64,000 nucleotides of DNA, taken from the IMG/VR virus record IMGVR_UViG_3300025137_000018, positions 62,380 through 126,379 of that record; one strand, given 5' to 3'. Each line of letters begins with the position of its first letter. The first letter of the stretch is position 1. The notes under the pieces were generated by a model that saw only the letters and a program-made list of their open reading frames with translations, did not search any database and was not told the origin of the DNA. The position numbers were made by a program, and so were the translations under genes. The stretch is from a virus. Positions 18,051 through 25,975 of this stretch are shown one piece after another.

Positions 18051-18971
18051 ATGAAAATATTACTTGTAGGTATGCCAACAACATTTGATTATTTGGTAAC
18101 ACCCCTTACTGCGGCTGGACATACTGTACGATTAATTGATGGCACAGACCAAGATTTTTCTTTATTAACTAATGCAACATTAGCTAAGGATTATATCCTA
18201 GAACAAATTGCTGCTTTTGTTCCAGATATGGTAGTTAATGCAATTACACCGGTAGTTCTTCCTGTATCATCAGATTATACTTATGTAGGTAATACTGCAG
18301 CAAGTGCGAAATTAGAAACTCATAAGTGGGAAACAAGAACAAAGGCTGGAGAGTTAGGTTGGTCATTACCTACAGTGTTAGAAGAATGTAATATGAATGC
18401 TGTATCTAATTATGATAAAACAGTATATGTAAAACCTAAAGGCGACTGTCAATTAAGACAAATATTTAAAGTACCTGCATCAACAAATAATGAACTACAT
18501 AATTTAGAGATGACTGCAGATGCAGGATATGTAGAAGATGGTGTTGACTATGAAGTTGAAGCTTGGTGCTTCTTTACTATATCTAATGGATCATATTCTA
18601 TAATAAGAACATTAGGTTGTACTGGATATGGAAATGATAAATTAGTAGATTCAACAGGTGACTGGAGACAAGGTGATATCACTCTGGTAGATTTAACTGA
18701 CGCTCAACGAGCTGCATTCATTACAAAATGCGAAGCATGGTTAGACTATGCAGTAACCTTAGGTGGAAATTACGAAGGAACCTTAGGTGGAGCAATTACT
18801 GACGATAATACTGTATATTGGTTTGAACAAAACAGTAGACCTGGAACGTATAACATAGGAATGTTACCTGGGACAGTACAAGATTGGATTGATGGACTAA
18901 CCACCGATTCAACTAAATCTGTTAATCAAATAACGGCAGCAACGATAAGATCCGAAAAGGGATTTGGCTAG
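18051..18971 (+). CDS. divergent ATP-grasp protein (PurD-like features)
   Basis: YVGNTAASAKLETHK..., VYVKPKG, YVED, FEQNSRPG (E-x-N-x-R). Confidence 0.6.
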   Translation: MKILLVGMPTTFDYLVTPLTAAGHTVRLIDGTDQDFSLLTNATLAKDYILEQIAAFVPDMVVNAITPVVLPVSSDYTYVGNTAASAKLETHKWETRTKAGELGWSLPTVLEECNMNAVSNYDKTVYVKPKGDCQLRQIFKVPASTNNELHNLEMTADAGYVEDGVDYEVEAWCFFTISNGSYSIIRTLGCTGYGNDKLVDSTGDWRQGDITLVDLTDAQRAAFITKCEAWLDYAVTLGGNYEGTLGGAITDDNTVYWFEQNSRPGTYNIGMLPGTVQDWIDGLTTDSTKSVNQITAATIRSEKGFG

Positions 18972-18973
18972 AT

Positions 18974-19303
18974 ATGACTATAAATTTTAAAAATACTTGG
19001 AGACCATTACCAAGTTGCGTAACTATAAAGGAAAGTACAATAGATGGTTTAGGACTATTTGCTGTTGAGAATATACCCTTAGGCACTGACTTAGGATTAA
19101 TGAGATTTATGTATCATGATACATTTGTAAGAACAGCTCTAGGATCTTTTTCTAATCACTGTGAAGAACCTAACTGTGTTAACATGAGCAGTATTAATGA
19201 GCATGGAGACGAAGAGTATACTTTAGTTACTAATCAAGATATCAAAATTGGAGATGAGTTAACGCTTTGTTATCAAATGAAGCAGTATTATATAGGAGAA
19301 TAA
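18974..19303 (+). CDS. SET-domain protein (putative lysine methyltransferase)
   Basis: ESTIDGLGLFA..NIP.GT, NHCEEPNC, DIKIGDELTLCY. Confidence 0.88.
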   Translation: MTINFKNTWRPLPSCVTIKESTIDGLGLFAVENIPLGTDLGLMRFMYHDTFVRTALGSFSNHCEEPNCVNMSSINEHGDEEYTLVTNQDIKIGDELTLCYQMKQYYIGE

Positions 19304-19304
19304 A

Positions 19305-19769
19305 ATGTTTTTTAATAAAAATAAAGATATTGATGTAGATCAATTAAGAGAACAATTAATAATAGACGAGGGTCAGGTAAATGAAATATATCATGATCAC
19401 CTTGGCTATGCTACATTTGGCATTGGACATTTGGTATTGGAAGGAGACCCAGAATTCGGGTTGGCGTTGGGTACTGCAGTCTCAGAGGATAGAGTTATAT
19501 CATGCTTCGCCAAGGATGTAGAGACAGTCATAAGTGATTGCATAAAATTACACAACGGGTGGGATGGATATCCACAAGAAGTAAAACAAGTCATTGCGAA
19601 CATGATGTTCAACATGGGACTTACGCGCTTAAGTAAATTTAAAAAGCACAATGCAGCGCTGCAGTGTGGTGATTGGCCGGTAGCGGCTATTGAAGGGAGA
19701 GATTCAAGATGGTACAAGCAAGTAACGAACAGAGCAGAAAGACTTATGGGAAGATTAGAGGCCCTTTAA
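19305..19769 (+). CDS. T4-lysozyme-like endolysin (GH24)
   Basis: DEG...IY.DHLGYATFGIGHL (E-x8-D-x5-T triad), NMMFNMG, SRWYKQV.NRA.RL. Confidence 0.92.
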   Translation: MFFNKNKDIDVDQLREQLIIDEGQVNEIYHDHLGYATFGIGHLVLEGDPEFGLALGTAVSEDRVISCFAKDVETVISDCIKLHNGWDGYPQEVKQVIANMMFNMGLTRLSKFKKHNAALQCGDWPVAAIEGRDSRWYKQVTNRAERLMGRLEAL

Positions 19770-19900
19770 AGGTCGAATCTAGTATTCCACAAGAGAAACA
19801 AGAAAATAAGGGTTGGTATTGGTGTCATGAAAAGCAAGGTCTTTTTAGACACTCAGACTGGCATAAATCAATAAATGAACTTAATTTAAGCAGTTCATAA
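19709..19900 (+). CDS. possible small hypothetical protein (start uncertain)
   Basis: Open frame with GWYWCHE fills the gap after the lysozyme. Confidence 0.35.
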   Translation: MVQASNEQSRKTYGKIRGPLKVESSIPQEKQENKGWYWCHEKQGLFRHSDWHKSINELNLSSS

Positions 19901-19913
19901 TAAGGAGAAAGAA

Positions 19914-20165
19914 ATGGCAAGTACAATTAAACTTTTAGGATCTCAAACAGATCTTACATCAGCTACTACAGTAGGAGAAGCCACAGTTGTTAGAGTATTA
20001 GCAACTGCAGCTGGAACTATAACGCAAAAAGCAGCAGCTGCTGGAGCTACCATAGGTACTATTCAGATGTTAGCAAATACAGAAATCGTATTGGCTAAAG
20101 CACCTGCTAATACTTTAGAAGGTGGTGCAACATTTAAAGTAGTTAAAATCGCTTACAGCAATTAA
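19914..20165 (+). CDS. small Ala/Thr-rich hypothetical protein
   Basis: 83 aa, AAGGAG RBS. Confidence 0.65.
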   Translation: MASTIKLLGSQTDLTSATTVGEATVVRVLATAAGTITQKAAAAGATIGTIQMLANTEIVLAKAPANTLEGGATFKVVKIAYSN

Positions 20166-20176
20166 GTTAATGCCGT

Positions 20177-20494
20177 ATGATAGATATAACCGAGATAGCA
20201 CATGAAAAACTCGTCGAAAAGACGCGCAAAGCTGGTAACAATATTATCAGAATTGGGCTACTTCCTGCTGGTTGCAACGGTTGGAAATACCAGTTTGTAT
20301 TTGTTACTGAGAGCGATCCAGACGACCACATAATAGATTATGGCGATTATATCTTAGTTGTTGAAACAGGCCAGCTTCATAACTTTATGAATATGACCCT
20401 TGATTATCAAACCGAGGGTCTAAATTCAGAATTTAAATTCTTAAATCCAAACGAGGTCGCGTCCTGCGGCTGTGGACAATCAATATCGTTCTAA
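20177..20494 (+). CDS. iscA: Fe-S cluster carrier, IscA/HesB family
   Basis: AGCNG..Y, LDY..EGL...FKF.NPN...SCGCGQS. Confidence 0.92.
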   Translation: MIDITEIAHEKLVEKTRKAGNNIIRIGLLPAGCNGWKYQFVFVTESDPDDHIIDYGDYILVVETGQLHNFMNMTLDYQTEGLNSEFKFLNPNEVASCGCGQSISF

Positions 20495-20505
20495 ACAATT
20501 AATCT

Positions 20506-20513
20506 TATAAATA
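20506..20513 (+). promoter_or_regulatory. T4-type late promoter heading the curli-like operon
   Basis: TATAAATA 6 nt before ATG 20520. Confidence 0.75.
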
Positions 20514-20519
20514 GATTAT

Positions 20520-20816
20520 ATGGAAGATTTGTTTACTTTAATTAGAGATGTCGGCGTGCCGATTGCAGCTGCAGTATCATGTGGTGTCTTTGTATTTATA
20601 GTAATTAAACAAATATTTAGTGGTGTATTAGATCAAATAACCACATTAACAATATTTACCAAATCTCTAGAAAATAGAGCTAGATCTATGAATAACGAAA
20701 TTATTAAAATTGATTTATTAGTATCTAGTGCTTTAGAGTTAACCCCACCTATAGACCGAGTGGCTCGAGCTGAAAATTTTGCAGAGGACGGGAAAATCGA
20801 TACAAGAAGAGACTAG
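20520..20816 (+). CDS. single-pass membrane protein with coiled coil
   Basis: N-terminal TM (VGVPIAAAVSCGVFVFIVI) followed by heptad repeats. Confidence 0.7.
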   Translation: MEDLFTLIRDVGVPIAAAVSCGVFVFIVIKQIFSGVLDQITTLTIFTKSLENRARSMNNEIIKIDLLVSSALELTPPIDRVARAENFAEDGKIDTRRD

Positions 20817-20822
20817 TAAACT

Positions 20823-21089
20823 ATGGACATAGCTGGATTAATTATAGAATTCGGATTTGAAACAATTGCTTTAGTAGGTCTCGGATATTTTGTTTTTTAT
20901 GTATGGCAATTTGTATCAAACGACTTGGAACCAAAGATTGAAGAAATGCATTTCGGTTTAATACGTTTAATAGACCAAGTTAGAATGCTTGATCAAGATA
21001 TGATTAGATTACAAGAAAAGGTTAAAGTTGTACTAGAGTATAGAGAAAGACAGAAAATATTAGATATGGAAAACAAAAATGAAGATTAG
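20823..21089 (+). CDS. single-pass membrane protein with coiled coil
   Basis: N-terminal TM, then LIRLIDQVRMLDQDMIRLQEK; same architecture as the previous ORF. Confidence 0.7.
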   Translation: MDIAGLIIEFGFETIALVGLGYFVFYVWQFVSNDLEPKIEEMHFGLIRLIDQVRMLDQDMIRLQEKVKVVLEYRERQKILDMENKNED

Positions 21090-21561
21090 AAATATAGCAT
21101 TCATAGGAATGGTAATATCATTTTCAGTATATGCTGATGAAATTAAATTTGGATTTAAAAATCCATCGTTCAGTGGATCTGGAACAGGAGCACATTATTT
21201 AACGATTGAGAACCAAGAACATTCTCGTAAAAAGGCGATTGAAGATGCTTTAGAAGCTGCAAGAAAAGCTGCAGAAAGAGAAGCTGAAAACTCTACAATG
21301 GCCAAGTTTATTAGAAACTTGGAGAGTAGAATATACTCTCAGATGTCAAAACAATTAGTTGAATCTATGTTTAGTAACGATGGGTCAGTAAGATTTGGTT
21401 CATTTACATTAGAAGGTAATGTAGTAACATACGAAGTACTTATTAACGAAGACGGTACAGAATATATTAAAATGACCATTGTAGATTCAGATGGAACTAC
21501 AACCGTTATTGAAATACCAGTAGGAACTGGCAACTTTGGGCAAGATCCAGATGTTGGTTAA
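21079..21561 (+). CDS. csgF: curli assembly component CsgF-like
   Basis: Signal peptide, then FGFKNPSFSG (cf. CsgF F.F.NP.FGG); F..NLESRIYSQ.S; G.F; TTVIEIP. Confidence 0.85.
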   Translation: MKIRNIAFIGMVISFSVYADEIKFGFKNPSFSGSGTGAHYLTIENQEHSRKKAIEDALEAARKAAEREAENSTMAKFIRNLESRIYSQMSKQLVESMFSNDGSVRFGSFTLEGNVVTYEVLINEDGTEYIKMTIVDSDGTTTVIEIPVGTGNFGQDPDVG

Positions 21562-22561
21562 GTATATTTTAGTATTGTTAATGCTTAGCGGATGCGCATC
21601 AGTTCCGCAGTGGAGTCCAAATCCTCAAGATTGTAATGACCTATCAGGAAAGTACGCTCAAGGTTGGAAAACAGATGTTGATAATGATGGTATTATAAAT
21701 GATACTGCCTGGGATGTAGCTAAACAAGGATATATGGGTTATAAAAAGGCAATGGCAAGAAAGTATATTTGCGTTGATGAACCCACTGCAGTTAGATTAC
21801 CTGCATATGTAGATTTATTAAATCTACCTCCAGCAAAGGATATGCCGGTTGTTGCAGTATACGCATTTAAAGATCTAACAGGACAAAGAAAATCAGTAGA
21901 TAATATAGCATCGTTCTCTACTGCAGTTACCCAAGGCGGTACTGAATTATTAATAGATGCTCTCAAAACTGCAGGTGGCGGAACCTGGTTTAGAGTAGTA
22001 GAAAGACAAGGGATTGATAATCTTGTAAGGGAAAGACAAATTGTAAGATCGACCCGACAAGATGTTGCTAAAGCCGAAGGGACTGAAGCACGAGGAGTTG
22101 GACCTCTCTTATTCGCTGGAATGATTATAGAGGGAGGTATTATTGGTTATGATGCTAATACGGAAACAGGTGGACGCGGCGCACGAACACTTGGTATAGG
22201 TTTTAGTAAAATGTATCGTAAAGACGTTGTTACAGTTTCTGTGAGAGCAGTATCTGTATTAACGGGTGAAGTTTTGTTAAACGTCCAAAGTAAGAAATCG
22301 GTATTATCTTACGGAAGTGGTGGTGACTTGTTTAGATTTATTGAACAGGGAACACAACTTATAGAATATGAGGACGGTGTAGGTAATAATGAGTCAGTAA
22401 CATATGCAGTTAGAGCTGCTATTGAAGCTGCAGTTTTGGAATTAATCTACCAGGGTCATGACCGTAAATTCTGGGATATAACCGCGGGTCATCGTCATCC
22501 ACATCAATTTGATGGCAAAAACGATAAACACGCAATTAACGAGGAAAACGAAAATGAATAA
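21551..22561 (+). CDS. csgG: curli secretion channel CsgG lipoprotein
   Basis: Lipobox LSGC; LPP, VAVYAFKDLTGQRK, FSTAVTQG, WFRVVERQGIDNLVRERQIVR, IIEGGIIGYD, TGGRGAR, D.VTVSVRAVSV.TGEVL. Confidence 0.95.
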   Translation: MLVKYILVLLMLSGCASVPQWSPNPQDCNDLSGKYAQGWKTDVDNDGIINDTAWDVAKQGYMGYKKAMARKYICVDEPTAVRLPAYVDLLNLPPAKDMPVVAVYAFKDLTGQRKSVDNIASFSTAVTQGGTELLIDALKTAGGGTWFRVVERQGIDNLVRERQIVRSTRQDVAKAEGTEARGVGPLLFAGMIIEGGIIGYDANTETGGRGARTLGIGFSKMYRKDVVTVSVRAVSVLTGEVLLNVQSKKSVLSYGSGGDLFRFIEQGTQLIEYEDGVGNNESVTYAVRAAIEAAVLELIYQGHDRKFWDITAGHRHPHQFDGKNDKHAINEENENE

Positions 22562-23294
22562 ACTTTTAAGTATAGTTGTCTTAGGACTATTATCAACATC
22601 GTTTGTTTATGCTGCAGCTACTGATGATAACGAAATTAGAATAGATCAAACTGGTGACACTTTAATCTTATATATCGATCAAGTAGGTTTTGGTAACAAA
22701 ATAGGACTCACCGATTACTCTGGAAGTCCTGCAGATATGACAATAATAGGTTCAAGCTTAACATTTAATCTTGACCAGATTGGTAATCAGAATTTAATCT
22801 ACGGCCCGCTGAAGCTAGACTCATCTTCTTTAACATTCAATTTAACTGGAGATTCAAATAAGGTAGATTGGGATATAGGTACAACAGGTAGTTCTGATAC
22901 TACTAATTATGCCTTTGCTGTTACTGGAGATAGTAATACATTTGATATAGACCAAGGTAAAGTTGGAGCAAGTGCTGAAAGATTAGATGCTGATTTAATA
23001 TTAATTGGTAACTCAAACGTATTTGATTTAGATTTTGAAACCGATGATGTAACTTGGAATTTTGAAATTACTGGAGACAGTAATAATGTTAATACATTAC
23101 AGAAAGATGGTTCACAAAAAATAACGCTTGAATTAGTAGGTGATAGTGCAGATATTGATATTAATCAATTATCAGGTACATGTGCTGCTAGTGGCGGAGG
23201 TTGTGCAACTCCTAATGCAATTATAAATTTAGATATTACATCAGACAATGCTAAGATTCAGATCAACCAGAAAGATTCTGGTAGCGACTCTTAG
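22554..23294 (+). CDS. secreted curlin-repeat (CsgA/CsgB-like) beta-solenoid protein
   Basis: Signal peptide; repeats of alternating hydrophobic residues with Q-x-G-x-x-N or TGDSN (IDQVGFGN, LDQIGNQN, LTGDSN, VTGDSN, ITGDSN). Confidence 0.72.
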   Translation: MNKLLSIVVLGLLSTSFVYAAATDDNEIRIDQTGDTLILYIDQVGFGNKIGLTDYSGSPADMTIIGSSLTFNLDQIGNQNLIYGPLKLDSSSLTFNLTGDSNKVDWDIGTTGSSDTTNYAFAVTGDSNTFDIDQGKVGASAERLDADLILIGNSNVFDLDFETDDVTWNFEITGDSNNVNTLQKDGSQKITLELVGDSADIDINQLSGTCAASGGGCATPNAIINLDITSDNAKIQINQKDSGSDS

Positions 23295-24357
23295 TTTACT
23301 ATTCATCACTGGAATCGCCTATGCTGATTCCATTGGTGACATAGTAGAGTCAACTGGCATCGGCCAGATTGTTCGTAATAATGAACAAATAGTAGTAGCT
23401 AATGCATTAGCAATAGAACTAAATGATGAAGCAAAAACTGGTAACGGAAGAATGCTTATTGAGTTTTTAGATAAGGCTCAATTATCCTTAAAGGAACATT
23501 CTGAAGTACTAATAGACGAAATATATTATGACCCTGATCCTTCACTCTCAAAAATGAGTATGAAGTTTACAATGGGAACGGCAAGATTCGCATCTGGAAG
23601 ATTAGGATTAGTGAATAAAGCCAATATTGATATCAAGACTCCTACGGCCTCAATTGCCGTACGGGGAACTGATTTTACAACAACAGTAGATGAGTTAGGT
23701 AGAAGCCTAATCATATTACTACCAGATGAGAATGGTGACCCATCTGGTGAGATAGTAGTTTCTAATGAAGGCGGAGTAGTTACATTAAACGAAGCCTATG
23801 CCGCAACAATGGTATCATCATTAGATTCATCACCAACACAGTCAATCGTAGTGAATGGTATTACACCAGCATTAATTGACAATATGTTTATTGTATCACC
23901 TCCACCGGCAGTTGCTGAAAGAATACAAGAAGAAATGGCCGATGAAGCGAACGAAGACCAAGGGCTATTAGATATAGATTTTTTAGAGTTCACTGAGTTA
24001 GAAGAAGATGAGTTAGAAGAAGATGAACTTGAAGATTTTACCGAACTGGATATTGATGAATTAAGTGTCGATTTTTTAGTAGATGTATTAAACGCCATAG
24101 ACAATTCAGATGTTCTAAATACAATAGGCGAATTTAATATCAAAGGTGCTAGTAAAGGATTTAATATTAAATCCCAATGGAATGTTTTTTTACAAGATGG
24201 CGATTTAGTATTGTATAGAAGCGTTAATGGTGTTATAAGTGTTAAAATAGGTGCAGCTGGTAATTTTGCATTAGAAGCTATAACTCCAACTTGGGACGGA
24301 CTAATAACTGGAAACGAGGGTGATGATATCCTCATTTATATAAATCAGGTGAATTAA
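23248..24357 (+). CDS. exported FecR-domain protein with acidic linker
   Basis: Signal peptide; D.AKTGNG..., FLDKAQLSL.EHSEV, GTARF, IKTPTASIAVRGTDF (FecR N-domain); poly-E/D tract. Confidence 0.85.
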   Translation: MLRFRSTRKILVATLSLLFITGIAYADSIGDIVESTGIGQIVRNNEQIVVANALAIELNDEAKTGNGRMLIEFLDKAQLSLKEHSEVLIDEIYYDPDPSLSKMSMKFTMGTARFASGRLGLVNKANIDIKTPTASIAVRGTDFTTTVDELGRSLIILLPDENGDPSGEIVVSNEGGVVTLNEAYAATMVSSLDSSPTQSIVVNGITPALIDNMFIVSPPPAVAERIQEEMADEANEDQGLLDIDFLEFTELEEDELEEDELEDFTELDIDELSVDFLVDVLNAIDNSDVLNTIGEFNIKGASKGFNIKSQWNVFLQDGDLVLYRSVNGVISVKIGAAGNFALEAITPTWDGLITGNEGDDILIYINQVN

Positions 24358-24358
24358 T

Positions 24359-25132
24359 ATGTTAGATAAATTAGAAGAATATTCAATGAAAGCTTTAATA
24401 TGGGCAAGTGTTTTATTTTGGCCTATTATTATATTGTCACTACTTTTAGCACCACTGTTTGCAAATGCTGATGATAATATTATTACTATGGAACAAACAG
24501 GTGATACCTTTCAATTAGGTGTTGATCAATTTGGTTATAGTAATGAAATTAAAATGCTAGATGGTAATTCATATATTACAGCCACAAGTTTAGATATGTA
24601 TTTAGTCCAGGTTAATACAAGTACTGGTGCACTTCCTAATAAAATTACATTCGATGAAATAAGTGGAACAGGTAATCAAATGAAATTAGCTCAAGGTGTT
24701 GCATGGAATACTCTTGATTCTGACACTGATTTAACTTGGTCGCATGATAGTTATGAAGGGGGCGGCCATGAAATTGATATTATTATGTACGGTGACAACA
24801 ATAAATTAGCAGTTCAACAAACGAACCAAACTGGTGCAGCCGACGGACATAACTTTGATCTACATTTAGCTGGTGATAATAATGAAGTTAAAATAAAACA
24901 ACAAAGTAATGGTTCTAAGACTATTGACCTAACAATTTACAATGATAATAACGATGTGTTTATTCGTCAATATGGTCAAGGGTCATCACACAATGCTAAT
25001 ATTACGTTAGATGGACTATATAACACTGATTTAATTTTAAAACAATTAGGTACATCAGGTTCCAATGCATACACACTTAACCAAAACTGTTTTACAGTTG
25101 GTGGTTGCTCAGTGTCAGTAACTCAGGAGTAA
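24359..25132 (+). CDS. second secreted curlin-repeat protein
   Basis: Signal peptide; DDNIITMEQTG, VDQFGYSN, YGDNNKLAVQQ, AGDNNEVKIKQ, NDNNDVFIRQYG; C-terminal CFTVGGC. Confidence 0.75.
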   Translation: MLDKLEEYSMKALIWASVLFWPIIILSLLLAPLFANADDNIITMEQTGDTFQLGVDQFGYSNEIKMLDGNSYITATSLDMYLVQVNTSTGALPNKITFDEISGTGNQMKLAQGVAWNTLDSDTDLTWSHDSYEGGGHEIDIIMYGDNNKLAVQQTNQTGAADGHNFDLHLAGDNNEVKIKQQSNGSKTIDLTIYNDNNDVFIRQYGQGSSHNANITLDGLYNTDLILKQLGTSGSNAYTLNQNCFTVGGCSVSVTQE

Positions 25133-25134
25133 TT

Positions 25135-25620
25135 ATGGCATATTCAGACGAAGTAGTAAAGAGATTTGAAGCGGTTCTAGCCAACCCTAAAAAACATTCT
25201 GTTGGCTCATTAGATAGAAAGGATCCAAAAGTAGCAACCGGTCTTGCAGGAGCTCCTGCATGTGGTGACGTAATGCAATTACAGCTATTACTCGATGATG
25301 ATGAAAAGATTATCGATGTTAAATTTAAAACATATGGTTGTGGGTCAGCAATTGCATCTTCATCATTGTTTGTTGATATGATGATGGGTCTAACTATCGA
25401 AGAAGCAAAACTAATTAAAGATAAGGACATTGCAGAGGTCTTACAACTTCCACCAATTAAATTACATTGTAGCGTATTAGCAGAAGATGCTATTAAACAA
25501 GCTATGGTAGATTACGAAACAAAAAACGACAAAGACTACACACATCCAATTTTAGACCAACCTAAATCTATGATAGGTCATAATAGACCACCACTCGAAA
25601 GAGAGGACTTCATAGAATGA
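25135..25620 (+). CDS. iscU: Fe-S scaffold IscU
   Basis: MAYS..V, GAPACGDVM, FKTYGCGSAIASSS, LPPIKLHCSVLAEDAIK. Confidence 0.95.
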   Translation: MAYSDEVVKRFEAVLANPKKHSVGSLDRKDPKVATGLAGAPACGDVMQLQLLLDDDEKIIDVKFKTYGCGSAIASSSLFVDMMMGLTIEEAKLIKDKDIAEVLQLPPIKLHCSVLAEDAIKQAMVDYETKNDKDYTHPILDQPKSMIGHNRPPLEREDFIE

Positions 25621-25703
25621 TAAAAAATTATTATAGATTTATAAGAATGAAGTACGGATACAGACTTGCATCTAAAGGAATTTTAGTGGATATATACGTA
25701 TGA
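25617..25703 (+). CDS. 28-aa peptide, translationally coupled (not in ORF track)
   Basis: MIKNYYRFIRMKYGYRLASKGILVDIYV; ATGA overlaps with both neighbours. Confidence 0.4.
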   Translation: MIKNYYRFIRMKYGYRLASKGILVDIYV

Positions 25704-25975
25704 CAATAGAATGCCCAGAAGAATATTATGAGTGTCTTACCGAAGAAGAATATGATGAAATATTAGAACTCTTCGAAGAGAATGAAATATCATTTCCAGA
25801 TTCAATTCAACCAGAAAGCGTAAGCGATGCACAAGCAGTAGCTGATTTTACGTGGCAAGTGCTATTCTTATCTCCATGGGAATTAGCTTATATAGCTTTA
25901 CCAATGAGCGTATTAGCCTTTTATGGATTAACTATATACGCTATTTTTAAATGGGTCCAGAGAAAATTTAGCTAA
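25700..25975 (+). CDS. membrane protein with acidic N-terminus
   Basis: CPEEYYEC acidic N-part; hydrophobic C-terminal segment. Confidence 0.65.
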   Translation: MTIECPEEYYECLTEEEYDEILELFEENEISFPDSIQPESVSDAQAVADFTWQVLFLSPWELAYIALPMSVLAFYGLTIYAIFKWVQRKFS

